A stretch of 64,000 nucleotides of DNA from Eledone cirrhosa (Eukaryota): the NCBI GenBank assembly GCA_964016885.1, contig OZ024740.1:293880001-293944000 (forward strand), in the 5' to 3' direction. The notes below the pieces were generated by a model. That model was not told where the DNA came from and searched no databases. It saw only the letters and a program-made list of their open reading frames with translations. Shown here one piece after another: positions 13,395-26,610 of this stretch. Numbering within the stretch: the stretch's first letter is position 1; each line of letters starts with the position of its first letter. The position numbers were made by a program, and so were the translations under genes.

Positions 13395-16300
13395 CACTCA
13401 TTTTGAACAGTGAAAAAAAAATCACTGGAAGCTGGAGAAGTTAATATTAATTGTGGAATTTTTCAGGGTGGCTGTTTATCACTGCTTTTATTCTGCATCG
13501 CACTTATACCATTAAGTAAAATGCTCAGAGAAACAAAACATGGATATAAAGTCTATGACAAAACCCTTAATCACTTGTTCTACATGGATGACCTGAAGCT
13601 ATTTGCAAAAAATAATGGGCAATTGCAAGGGCTATTATCCACTGTGAAGCAGTTCAGTGATGACATTAAAATGGGAGTTTGGACTAGACAAATGCGCCAA
13701 AGCCTCGTTCACCAGAGGAATGCTGCTGAGAAGTTCAGACATTAATCTTGATTCAGGGAATGTGATAAGATAACTTGATCAAGAAGAAACTTATAAATAT
13801 CTAGGTGTTTGTGAAGAAGATGGAATCAAGCACTCGACAATGAGGGGAAGGTTAAGGGTAATTTTAAGAATGGAGTTGAATGCAAGGAATAGGATTGATG
13901 CCATAACACACTTGCCATACCAGTAGTAACTTACAGTTTCAATGTCATCAACTGGTCAAGCATAGAGATCCATAGGCTCGGTACGAAAATTAGAAAATTC
14001 TTAACCATGCACCGACTGCATCACCCTAAGGCAGATACAGATAGAATATATCTCCCTAGGAAAGAAGGAGGACGTGGATTAATCTAGTTAGATATTTCAT
14101 TGAAAAATACAACAATTGGATTATCTACATATCTAAGGGAATCACATGATTGGATGATCAAACTCGTTTTGAAACATGAAATCAACAAAATATCATACTC
14201 CATTACAAAAGATGCACATAGATACAGTAAAGAACTACAAATTTCAGAAGTTCCCTTTACTGCTGAAATGAAAAACACAGAAACAGCAAAGCAGGTAAAA
14301 GTAACTGCTGCAGAAACTGGCTAAGAAATAGCAATAAAAGCCTCTGTATGGAAAATACCCAGAAAGAGCAAACAATCTTGATGTTGTCAAAACTTTAACT
14401 CATCAGTGGTTGGCATCTTCTGAACTGAAATCAGAGACTGAAGGACTGATTATATCAGCACAAGATCAGTGTCTGCCAACAAAAAATTATCAAGCCAACA
14501 TCATAAAAAATGGATGCAACCTACTATGCCGTGTATGTAAAAAACAACCAGAGACCATTGATCATAAAATTTTAATGTGCAGTCCTATAGCTCCAACCAA
14601 CTACCCAAACAGGCACGACAGAGCTGCACAATACATACATTGGGTAATGTGTAAGCATTTTGACCTGCCCCATCAAAAGAATTGGTGGGAGCATCAACCA
14701 CTTCCCATACTTGAAAAAGGTCACATCTCAATTTTGTGGAACTTTAGCATCCAAACAGACCGAAAAGTAGATGCAAATAGACGTGATATGATACTGAAAT
14801 ACTTTAAAAAGAGGGTATGCCTGCTAATTGATATGTCCGTTCCTATAGACAAGAATGTATCTATAAAAACATTTGAAAATTTGAGCAAGTATAAAGACTT
14901 TGTGTAAAGATAGAGACTGGAAAAATATGGAAACGGTTGTGGGCATTCTAAGAATGATATCCAAAGGGTCTAATGATTCATCATCATCATCATCATCCTC
15001 ATCATCATCATCATCATCGTTTAACGTCCATCTTCCACGCTTGCATGGGTTTGGACGGGAATTTTCCCACTTGAGGCAAGATTGGTTGTCTTGCTCGTGT
15101 AGGACTGTCTGGCGGGTTTTCTACGGGTGGATGCCCTTCCTAACACCAACCACATTTACAGTGTGGACTGGGTTTTTACCGTGTTACCTACACGGCTACA
15201 TTACAGCGTAGACTGTGTGTTTTTTTTTTGTGACACCTACAAGACCTCATTTATTTCGGACTGGATGTTGTGGTACCAACATAACTTTACAACGAAAGGG
15301 GTGGGGGGGGGGTTATTTTTGTTAGAGGTGCCTACTGACTGTAGGTTTCGCTTTGTACTTAGGCAAGGCGGGTCTTCTGTATTACTATGTAGCGCCAAAG
15401 ATCTCGGTCCAGTGACATTGTCTTGGAGAGGTGTAAGTGTGTGAGGTCGGAATTTATCAAGTGGTCCCAGGTTTTTATGGGTCTGCCTACTCTGTGGCTA
15501 CCGTCTCTTTTTATCGCCCTGCACTTTTTTATACAGCTGTCGTCTTTCATGCGCATCACGTGACCATACCAACGTAGTCTTCTCTCGAGTAAACAGCATC
15601 TGATTCCTCTTATTCCCAATTTCTCCCTTAGTTCATTTATGCTTTGCCGTTCACGTATATTACTATTACACATCCAACGGAGCATGCAAGCTTCGTTCCT
15701 CTCCAGTCTGCGTATATCCTCTGCACACAATGCCCAAATCTCACTGCCATGTAACATTGCTGTTCGTATGCAGGCATCATACAACCTGCCTTTCATTTTT
15801 AGAGAGAACCCTTTAGCGGCCAATAGTGGTATAAGCTCTCTGAACTTTTCCATCCCGTTCTGACTCTAGCTACTGTACTTTCAGAGCACCCTCCACCACT
15901 GCTGATTTTGTCACCCAGGTAACGGAAGGTGTCCACTATTTCTATAGAACCATCTGTGCACTGGAATGAGCTAGTATTCTGTGGGCACTTGCTGCTACTT
16001 ATTGCACCTGAGCACCGGCCACATATAAAATCTATATTCTTAGTTAGCTTACCTGTGATCCCACTACATCTTTTATGCACCCATACTTTGCATTTGGGAC
16101 ATAAAATGGAGTTTCTGCCTACTCCTTTCCTACACACTGAACATGGCCATTCCCAGATGGGACCAGTGCCCTATTTTCCTTCCTACAAACTAGAACTTTA
16201 GTCTTAGACAGGTTAATTTTAAGGCCTCTTGATTCTAGGCCATGCTTCCATGTTTGGAATTTCTTCTCTAGCTCGGCCATTGATTCAGCTATGAGCGTTA

Positions 16301-17528
16301 GATCATCTGCGTATAGAAGTTCCCATGGGCAATCGGTCTTGAACTCCTCTGTTATAGCCTGAAGGACAATAATAAATAGTAGGGGGCTAAGGACGGAGCC
16401 CTGATGAACACCAACTTTTAGGCTAAACTCTTCACTATATTCGTTGTTAATTCTAACCTTGCTGACTGTTTCTTTATACATGGCTTGTATAGCTCTCACA
16501 AGCCATTCATCAACACCTAGTTTTCTAAAAGCCCACCAGATAATCGAGCGGGGTACTCTGTCAAAGGCTTTCTCCAAGTCAACAAAAGCTAAGTATAGGG
16601 GTTTACTTTTAGCTAGGTACTTCTCCTGTAGTTGTCGTACAATGAAAAAAGCGTCTGTTGTACTTTTACCTGACACAAACCCGAACTGCATTTCATCTAG
16701 ATCAATTCGCTCTCTGATTAGTTGCGCTATTACTTTTTCTGTGACCTTCATGACCTGGTCAATTAATTTAATGCCTCTATAGTTTCCTCTATCTAGGGCA
16801 TCTCCTTTACCCTTGTAGCAGTTAATGATGGTGCTGCTGCGCCAGTCCTTCGGAACGACCCCGTTTTGTATGACTTGGTTTACTATCCGGGTGACCATAG
16901 TGTGTCCCACCGTTCCAGATGCTTTCAGAATTTCAGCAACTATTTCCGAAGGTCCAGCCGCCTTGCCTGTCTTCATGTCTTTCATCGCCTTACTTATTAT
17001 ACTACCTTTAACTTGCACCGCTGGTCCTTCTATTGGATTGATTTGAGGAAGACTGTCTTTCTCCCAATTATTCTCCTCATTTAGTAGCCTTTCGTAGTGA
17101 CACTTCCAAGCTACCTTCTTATCAGTGTCAGTGATGGCAAGTATACCATCATCATTAAGGACACACTTCTCCCCGACAATATCACGGTTTTCCTTGACAC
17201 ATTTCCTAGCAATCCTGAACACTTCATGTTTTTGGTCCTCGCGTTGTAGAACATGCTTGAACTTTCTTTCCTACTTATCCCAAATCCCAGGAAACCCATG
17301 TATAGAAGAAATACAAAATATAGTAATAATGGGAACTGCCCATATACTAAGGAAGATTCTATCAATATAAATACATCACAAGTCTAAACATCTAAAGATA
17401 CATGTGTGTGTATATGTGTTCTTTCTTGAACATGGTGAACCTTGTTGTCTCTTTAGGTCACTGGTTATGACTTGGTGATAACTCGTATGAACATAAAGCA
17501 AGATAAACGAAAAAAAAATAATAATAAT
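13395..17528 (+). mobile_element. 5'-truncated R4/Dong-clade non-LTR retrotransposon (RT + CCHC + RLE), split by an RTE insertion
   Basis: GIFQGGCLS..LNHLFYMDDLKLF; ETEGLIISAQDQ; CRVC..ETIDH..C; RHD; LLIDMSVP..LSKYKD. Breaks at ~14976 and resumes ~17270 as YLSQIPGNP..EIQ..MGTAHILRKILS*; ends in (TAA)n. Confidence 0.9.
14977..17262 (-). mobile_element. RTE-clade LINE (RT plus PHD-like zinc finger), 5'-truncated
   Basis: ORF 16119-17222 has NYRGIKL, QFGF, DLEKAFDRV, GVHQGSVLSP and YADD; then C..CRKGVGRNSILCPKCKVWVHKRC..FICGRC; RLRWYGHV; 3' tail GGACGTTAAAC(GAT)n. Confidence 0.92.
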
Positions 17529-17529
17529 C

Positions 17530-19010
17530 AAAACAATAGGGTCAGGTCGCTTTTGAGTGTTACTAGTAACATCCAGTACAACCTGTCATATGGTTGAGTT
17601 TTCGTTGTCAGTGACTAAACTGACAACCTCACAAAGTTTTCTTAGTGAGGAGGGTGACTTTTGGACACCCTGTGGGATAAAAAACAAAATCCATTAAAGG
17701 GTGGAGGAACTCAGGAGAGTCAATGGTCATCCAAAAGTTTGTAAAATCTGCAGCTACAGAGTATAAAATACTGGATTGGTGACCAGTGCAGGATAGTTCG
17801 TTCCAATTTTAAGGGTTGAGAGCACCTTAAAGTCATTTATATCACCCTCTAGAGATGGTGTCTGGGAAAAAAAAGAAAAAAAAAAAAAAGAAAAGCATAC
17901 CAGTAGTGATGGAACTTCAAAACCACTAACCTCAATGAGTGAAATGAATCAAAACAATTGTTTACACAAAGACATAAATGGTGCTGGATCTTTTAATGAA
18001 GGTGCCTTGTCTGGCTGATTTCCTGGGGTTAAGCATCAAGACAATGCTAAAATGAAGTAGAGTAAGGAGGTAAACAAGTCTGTTATGGAGTGTTATCTTA
18101 GATACAAGCCTGTGAATGAAAATGGTGTGGCAATTAGAAGATATAGACAAAAGATGTTACAATTATGGCAGGAGATGTGGCTCTTTGAATTAACTGAACA
18201 GAGGATTTGTGATCAGGCAAGGCCAATAAGCAAAAACTGATGGCTATCTGAGATTGAGATTGAAATGATAAAGAGAAAAATAAGCCAGAAGGGGGGAAGA
18301 GAATATAGAAGCTCAGGATGCTGGAGATTCAAATAGAGATGAGAGTATGGAAAATGATGGAATCCAACAGGAAGAGGAGGAACTGAATACTCAAGATGAT
18401 GTGGGAGGAAACATTAACATTGATGAACTGAAAAACATATAAGAAAACAACAGATGGGTGTTACCTGATATATTGGAGATCTCTAAATCAGGTGGCAGTA
18501 ATAAAAAAAAAAATTTTTAAAAAGCAAAATAATTGTTTCTCCTTTTTGGCACAAGGCCAGCAATTACCCAGTGCATTACTGGTACTTTATTTTATCGACC
18601 CCGTAAGGATGAAAGGCAAAGTTAACCTCTGCAGGATTCGAACTCAGAATGGCAAGGGCCGTAACTCTATGTCATAGCATAGTGTCCGACCCTCGCCCAA
18701 TACTGCCAATCCACCAGCAAAATAATGTCAGCTAGAAGAATTAACAAAAAATAAACAACATCTTTGACAAGGTGCCAATTAGAACCATCACAGAAACTAA
18801 CAATTTCACCGGTGCTGCATGTATCTACATTACTAAAGAGGTAGGTCTGAAACTGACTACAGAAAAGCAGATCAAAGAACCATGGTGGAAAAGGAGAATT
18901 GAAGGTGACATCAAAATGCTTAGGAAAGATATTAATATTCTGGAAAGGGAAAAACGAGGTGAATTAAGAAAAAGTGGAAAAATTGAACAACTTACAGGGA
19001 AGTATAATGT
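17530..19010 (+). mobile_element. 5' part of a second R4/Dong-like element
   Basis: VNKSVMECY..YRQKMLQLWQE..ELTEQRICDQAR; [25 protein letters not shown], typical R4 N-terminal region. Confidence 0.75.
18529..18720 (-). mobile_element. Octopod-type SINE copy
   Basis: Reverse complement of the SINE at 10926. Confidence 0.85.
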
Positions 19011-19717
19011 CAGTTTTGATGATGAATGTTCTAGTTATTTAATCAGTGAAACAATCTGCTCATCAAATTGACATGTAAGTGGCTGAGTATTCCACAGACA
19101 TGTGTGTCTTTAGCATCATTTTGAGTAACATTCAGTGTGACACATTGTGTGCTAAAGCTGGTCCTTTGAATTACAGGTACAGTCTATTTGACGTGTAAGT
19201 GGCTGAGTATTCCACAGACATTTGTATAAGATATCACAGAGTGGGGTCAACTTGGGACCCAATGATCGTGAAGCAAACTTCTAACCATTAAGTCATTAAA
19301 ATGTTTTTTTCACATTGACGAAATTGTGTGTGAAAATATGTTGCATTATCTGATAGCTGTGCTCACTTTCCCATTGTGAAGTGTTAGATATCAGGTGGTG
19401 AGCTCATGATACATAAGTGATACATTTAGATGATACATAAGTGCATTTACAATAGAACAAGATGTTATTGATGTTCCAAAACACAATGGTCAGAAGAGAA
19501 TATCAATAACAGACTTGAAGACCACTTTCAACCATGATGAAGGTAGAAACAGAAATGATAATTATATTGCTACAGTATTTTCAAATGCCTAATGTTTCTT
19601 TACAATTTTTTAGCCATGCTTGTGGACTTTATGAATCATTAGATAGATATATTCAAGCTATGAAACCTTCTCAGGCATAGAACAAATAGGTATACATCTG
19701 CCTGAGTTTGAAGATTA

Positions 19718-20870
19718 CACCGTGTAACAAAAAAGAACTTTTCTCTGTTCCTGGCTTGTAATCACTTTTTTGTGGTGCTTAGGTCCCAAATAAATAAATA
19801 AAAAGTGCTATTAAACAGTTAAAAGTTTGGGTTTGTAAAAATTCTAAGCTATTCACTAGAATTATTTGTATGCTGGATTTTACGTTGTATGTAAGTTTAA
19901 TTTGCTTATGTTAAATGATTTTTTTATATATGTTTCAGGTTAAATTAAAATTATAAAATAAAGAGTAATACCTAAAGAAAATTATAAAAGTGCAATAAAG
20001 TATAAAATTGTTAAAAAGTGGATTAAAGAGATTTATTGATACTGGGGTACCAGAAAAAGTTCCTCACTTCCCAAACCAAAAAGAAGTCAATGACTTGGTC
20101 AGGGATATGGGTCTGACCAAGTCCAATGCAGAGTATTCGTCTCCAGGATGAAGCAGTGGAACTTGGTCAAGGAGGAAGTGCAGGTGACAAGTCAGAGAAG
20201 TCGACACGAACCTTTCTCAGGCTTTTACACTCTTAGGGATGGCCTCTGCTTCTGCCATGACATGACGTACCTGGACTGTTTGACGTTATTGGGGTGCCGT
20301 TTGTGCCCAAGGAGTGGCAGCTATTTATAGACAGCTCCACCACAAGTTTGAAGGCTGTCCTCCTCCACAATGGAAACAAGTTCCCGACACTGCCCCTAGC
20401 TCATTCAGTCTGCCTGAAGGAAGATTACTACAGTGTGAAAGTCCTCTTGGAAGCTCTGCAATACAACCAGTACAATTGGGAAATCATTGGAGACTTCAAG
20501 ATGGTGGCTTTCCTGCTTGGACTCCAAGGAGGCTTTATCAAATTCCAATGCTTCCTCTGCCTTTGGGACAGCAGAGCTACCTCTGACCACTACAAAAGAA
20601 AGAACTGGGAGCAGCGAACAGAATTTGTAGTTGGGACCCGGAACGTCATGTGGGAGCCACTGGTTGATCCCAGGATTGTGCTCATGCCGCCACTGCACAT
20701 TAAGTTGGGGTTGATGAAGCAGTTTGTGAAGGCTCTCAACCAAGAATCAACCGCTTTTAAGTACCTTCTTGAGTTCTTCCCCAAGTTATCTGAGACCAAA
20801 ATCAAAGGTGGAATTTTTGTTGGACCTCAGATAAAGAAGGTGTTTGAGTCTACCGAGTTCTCCAATTAGC
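19718..20870 (+). mobile_element. DNA transposon remnant; widespread invertebrate transposase-like family, probably Tc1/mariner-related
   Basis: TA-CACCGTGTAA start; EWQLFIDSS..SLKAVLLHNGN..GDFKMV..CFLCLWDSRA..PPLHIKLGLMKQFVKAL; truncated. Superfamily assignment is from memory and uncertain. Confidence 0.65.
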
Positions 20871-21230
20871 TGAAATGACCAAGGACACTTGATTAATCAG
20901 CAGTAAATGCCATTGATCACACAAGCCAGACCCATCTTAAACATTTTATCTAGGACACTATATCTTCATTTACAATACTCCACCCACTTCTGTGTTTTGT
21001 TACTCTGACCTTATATTCTATTATACTTATCTCCCTACCCTCCCTCGGGTATGTAATTCTCTCTCCATTTATTTTATATTTATATATTTATATTTTTATA
21101 TTTTGATGTTCGTGTTATTTTGGTATAAAACTGCTATGACGATAAATCTCTGACACTGTATTTTGAAAATTTGGCAGGCAAGCTATATTATTTTATGTAT
21201 TTAAAATCGAGTTTTCACACTTGTCAATCA

Positions 21231-21297
21231 ATTATTGATGATAGCAGTGTCAAGACAAAACTCAATTGATAACCTGGCGATGAAACATATGTTAATG
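21231..21297 (+). ncRNA. Degenerate hammerhead in a PLE pseudo-LTR-like remnant
   Basis: TTGATGA (C3 lost)...GAAAC-ATAT-GTT with palindromic CATATG, followed by AATAAA. Confidence 0.4.
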
Positions 21298-21354
21298 CTT
21301 GAAATAAACACTGTTGTATCACTTATCCATGTTAATCTTCTTTTTACCTGTTAA

Positions 21355-21495
21355 TCATCATCATCACCGTTTTACGTCCATTCTTCCATGCTAGCATGGG
21401 TTAGATGGGTTATCCTGTTGTGGGCAATGCCAGGTCAGGTGACCATGTCTTGCTCATGTAGAACTGATTTTGGCTTGATTTCTACAGCTAGATCC
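21355..21495 (-). mobile_element. RTE 3'-end fragment
   Basis: (CAT)n-CGTTTTACGTCCA..GCTAGCATGGGTT is similar to 14977-15060. Confidence 0.6.
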
Positions 21496-21956
21496 CCTAT
21501 ATATATATATATATGGTTACCATACATCCCAGTTTGACCAGGTTCATTAATGCCTCTAAATTATATCCTGTTTTTTCTTTAATCTGGAAAAATATTATGC
21601 GTTATGACTTACAGAAATGTCACTAAACATTGATATGACCTAGACATTCTAGTACATTATGAGACACCTGTAGTAATACACCAGGATTTGAGACTAAAAC
21701 ACCCTGCTTTGCTCAGATGTAAAAATGAAATGTCCTTATCACTGAACCAGAAGTCCCCCTAGAAAAAAACAGATAGCCTCCTAAAAAAACCAGTTTATGA
21801 CAGGGAATTAGCTGAGGGAATCAATGGCTTAACTTTGTTCACACATTAATATGATGCTTTCTATGAGAAATGGAGACTGGGATGGTTCAACCCATCTCAT
21901 AAACAATTCAACAAAATTGCTAAAGGACCTTCTCTCTAATTTTATCTTTTATCTTA

Positions 21957-22125
21957 TCATCATCATCATCATCATCTTTTAACGTCTATCTTCCACGCTA
22001 GCATGGGTTTAGACGGGAATTGTCCCACTTGAGGCAAGATTCGTCGTCTCGCTCGTATGGGACTGTCTGGCAGGTTTTCTATGACTGGATGCCCTTCCTA
22101 ACACCAACCACGTTTACAGTGTATA
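21957..22125 (-). mobile_element. RTE 3'-end fragment
   Basis: Closely similar to 15000-15165. Confidence 0.8.
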
Positions 22126-22962
22126 CTCTGCCTTATCCATTGCTGGATAACAGGTGGAATTTTAATAACCAAATTCACACACACATTACACTTATGGCAA
22201 AATAACCTCTCATGTGAATTTTCACAATTTTTGTTTTTGCTGTGCAGACATACGTTATAATCCTGAACTTTTGGCATAAGTAGCAATGAATTTTTCATTG
22301 TTTTATAAATAGACTATTCAATCTACATATTTCATGTGATGACTTAATTTTAAATGTAACTGCATCAATATCTAAATCTGTTTTCTAAAGATCAAACTTG
22401 AAATAAGGCTTGTTGGCATTAACTGTGTTGCACATAACTGTCTCCAAACTGTTGTTGACCAATTACCAATTCATATTAAAGCACTTATTGGGAAAATGTT
22501 AACAGTTGATGTAACACAGTTAAAGGAATTTGTAACTTTAGGGGTAGAATAGAAAAAGTTATTACATGATAATACCAACGTTTATCAGAACTACCAGTGA
22601 TTGAATGAATTCCTGACATTTTTGCTGGCTCAAAATCCTAATGTTGTTCCCAAGAACATTGCCCAGGACTGGTAGAATAATTTTTTGAAAAGGATTTTGA
22701 AGAAATGTATTTATTGTTTCAACATGAACAGCTTAAGCTTTTCAACAAACTGATTCTGGCCATGTGGGGACAATTGAAACTAGAAATACAAAATCTTATT
22801 ACAAATATAAATCAAAGGCTTTGCTGAGAAAACAGCAAATTGTTTTGGCTCAGTGAAAGGAAAGATACAGATTAATAAAAGCCAGCTTAGTTCTGTAGTA
22901 GAACACATTCTTTATCTTCTTGGTACTTCTGTAATATGTAATGTGTGGTCAGATGAGAGGAA

Positions 22963-23488
22963 CATGCGCATGCGCGAAGTCTGGTCCGAAGTGCGCATGC
23001 GCGAAGGCTGGTCCGAAGTGTACATGTGCCAAGTCTGATCCGAAGTGCGCATGCGCGAAGACTGGCCCGAAGTGTGCATGCGCAAAGTCTGATCCGAAGT
23101 GCGCATGCGCGAAGGCTGATCCGAAGTGCACATGTGAGAAGGCTGGTCCGAAGTGCGCATGCGCGAACGCTGGTCCGAAGTGCGCATGCGCGAAGTCTGG
23201 TGCAAAGTGCACATGTGCGAAGTCTGATCCGAAGTGCGCATGTGCGAAGTCTGATCCGAAGTGCGCATGTGCGAAGTCTGATCCAATGTGTGCAAGCGCG
23301 AAGGCTGGTCCAAAATGCACTTGCGCGAAGGCTGGTCCGAAGTGCGCATGCGCAAAGGCTGGTCCGTACTGTGCATGCATGAAGGCCTGTCCGTACTGCA
23401 CATTGCAATGGCTGGTCCGTACTGCGCATGCATGAAGGCTGGTACGTACTGCGCATGTGCGAAGGCCGGTCCGTACTGCACATGCGCT
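22963..23488. repeat. 27-bp GC-rich minisatellite, ~19 copies
   Basis: Unit GCGCATGCGCGAAG(G/T)CTG(G/A)TCCGAAGT; 9-aa periodicity in the ORF track. Confidence 0.95.
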
Positions 23489-23909
23489 TATATATATATA
23501 TATATATATAGACACATACATACCGCACACAAATCGTCTTCCGATGTTAGTGAAGCTATTATTAATCCTCCCCGGATGAAGTAACTTGCAAATTCTTCAT
23601 AATTCTTTAAATGCAATTATACATCTAATGGACACACTCTCTAGAATAGATATATTTGTGTGAGTGTGAGAGAGGTAGATAGACAGGTAGGTTGGCAGGT
23701 AAATAGATAGGTTGATAGATCGATATGTAGATATATAGGTAGGTAGATAGGAAGATAGACGATAGTGTGGTTATCTGTATATGTGGCTGTGTGTATGTAT
23801 GTGAAGATGTGGAAATAAGGAAAGGATAATTTACTACAGTGCCAATGATTCAATCCACAGGTGTATATTCTTTTTACCATTGCATAAGTACATAGACTCA
23901 CTCACACAC

Positions 23910-23959
<50 letters not shown>

Positions 23960-24599
23960 GTATGTGTGGTATGTTTATGTGTCTGTATATGTGTGTATCT
24001 GTGTGTGTGTATAAGTGTTTATGTGTATATATATGTATATGTGTGTGTGCATAAGTGTTTATGTGAATATATATGTATATGTGTGTGTGTATCTGTTTGC
24101 TTATGTGTGTGTATGCATATGTGTGTTACTGTATCTGTGTATGTGTGCATATGTGTGTGTGTTTATGTCCGTGTGTGTGTCTCGTGATTGTAATGTTGAG
24201 AGTTCGAATCCCATTAGTGCATTGTGTTCTTGAGCAAGACACTTTATTTCGCCTTTCTTCTCTCCACTGAAGTAAAAAAAAAATGTACTCTGCCAGTAAG
24301 TCAAAGAACCAATGTAGTCCCACCCTGAAACCCTCCGTTATACGTGACTATGGAATTCTCAGACACTCTCACCTTAATTTCAGGCAGTTCCATTTGAGAA
24401 ACCTAGCTGGAAGAATCCTCGTCGCAAGCGATAGGGTACCATCATACATATGAACACATAGACACACACACACGTTTCAAAGAGAATAGAAGAGATCAAT
24501 AAAATAAGTACTAGATTTTAAAATATATGTACTGGAATTGGGGTCAATAAAATCCTTTAATTGTGGTACCCCAGCATGGGCACAGTCTAACATCTGAAA

Positions 24600-26610
24600 C
24601 AAGTGCAGGCCGGAGAATTGTTCTTCCTCCTTCAATCTATGGTTCCCCTCGCTTCTACAGTGAGTGCTTTCAGAATTCGATGACTGTGGTTCGACACATG
24701 GGAAAGCCATCTTATTTAATCACGGTAACAACTAACCCTAACTGGGATGAAATAAAAAATAGTTTGCACCCTGGTGAAGAACCGAGAGACCGTCCTGATA
24801 TTTGTGCAAGAGTCTTCAAGATCAAGTATGACAGCCTCATGGATGACATACTGAAAGAAAATGTCCTAAGAAAAGTTAACGCTCATTCTACTACAATAGA
24901 GTGGCAGAAAACAAGGCCTCACTCATGCTCATATTCTGCTGATAATTGCTGAAGATAGCAAACCCAAAACTGCTGATGCCATTGATCAGGTAGTGTACTG
25001 TGAGATCTCTGATAAAGAGACCAATCCAATTCTGCATAAGATCATCACATCCTGCAACATTCATGGCCCATGTGGACAAGCTAATATGATGTACTCATGT
25101 ATGGAAGGGCTAAGACAACAACGCCATTGCTCAAAATGTTATCCCAAGGCATTCAGACAAACCACATTTGTTGCCGAAAATTCCTTTCTGGAGTATAGAA
25201 GAAGTGATAGACAGCATGGGGGTCACACCCATACAATCCAACTTAAAGGTAAAAAATTTACTGTTGATAATCGTTGGATTGTTCCATACAACCCTTTCCT
25301 CTCATTGAGATATCAGTGCCACATCAATTGTGAGGTTTCCACAGTGTCAAGGCTGTTAAGTACTTATATAAGTACATCACAAAAGGATCAGACAAGATCG
25401 CTTTCACTATTAAGGATGATCAAGGAAATTGTGTCCATGCCCAAAATGAGATTGAGACCTATATCAATGCACGGTACATCTCAGCCAGTGAAGCATTCTG
25501 GAGAATCTATAAATTTCTATTACATCATCGAAAACCGCTAGTTGAAAAGTTGCCTTGTCATTTACCTGGGGAACAAATGGTCGTGTATGAGCGAGGGCAG
25601 GAAGAAAGTATTGTTTCTAGGGGACAGCCAATGACTAAGTTGACGGAATATTTTCGACTGATTATTAGAGACCCACTGGCACAAAACATACTGTATATTG
25701 ATATTCCTAAATATTTCACTTGGACAAACAAAAAGTGGCAAAGAAGAAAAAAGGGACATCTGGATGGTGATCAACAATTTATGAGTGAATCTCTTGGACA
25801 CATTCCAACAGTATCTCTCAGTAGACATCAATCTGAATTATATTACCTCAGGATGATCCTACATCACAAGGCTAGGTCTACTTCATACAAAGATTTGAGG
25901 ACAATTGAAGGAGTTTAATTTCCAACATTCCAAGAAGCATGCAGGAAACTTGATGAAGATGGAGAAAAAGACAAATCTATGGAAGAGGCCTTATCCATTA
26001 CGCTTGGTCCTCAGCTGCGAGAGATCTTCTGCACCCTTTTATTGTACAGCATGCCAAATGACCCTTTGCAGTTCTGGGAGAAATGGAAGAATTGTCTTGC
26101 AGAGGATATCATGCATGAACGTCATGGGCAAGTCATGTCTATACAAACCGTACAGATTGTTCTACAGAAGATTCAACAAAGACTTCAATATGATGGCTTG
26201 GACATTCATGCCAACTATGTACTTCCTCGGCCAGACCCAACTATTGTTGCCATACCAGAAATCAACAGGATTCTTATGGCAGAAACTGATTTCAATACAC
26301 ACCAACTGCAAGCAAACATAAATGAACTTCTGCCAACATTGAATCCTGAGCAACTGGTTATTTTTCACAAAGTAATCACCTCTGTAAATGAAAATGAAGG
26401 CAGTATTTTCTGCTTTAATGCAAGTGCAGGTACAGGAAAGACCTATGTCATAAACATCCCATTGGATTACCTCCGATCTAAAAGAGAAAATTGCACTTGC
26501 CACTACCATATCTGGAATAGCAGCCACTTTGCTTCATAAAGATAGAACTCTTCATTCCAAGTGCAAGTTTCCTCTCAATGTGACTGCTGAATCAACTTGC
26601 TTCTTCAAAT
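24600..26610 (+). mobile_element. Canonical Helitron RepHel pseudogene (HUH Rep domain plus start of helicase)
   Basis: GSPR..GKPSYLITVTTNPNW; DRPDICARVF; IEWQK..HAHIL; HGPCG; VDNRWIVPYNP; YLYKYITKG; HLPGEQ; ASAGTGKTY Walker A; several frameshifts. Confidence 0.93.

Noticed and set aside
13078-13425. Poly-His/Tyr ORF
   Set aside because: Trinucleotide microsatellite
22887-23584. Metallothionein-like CACAK or His-rich repeat protein
   Set aside because: 27-bp minisatellite open in all six frames; no splice or codon evidence
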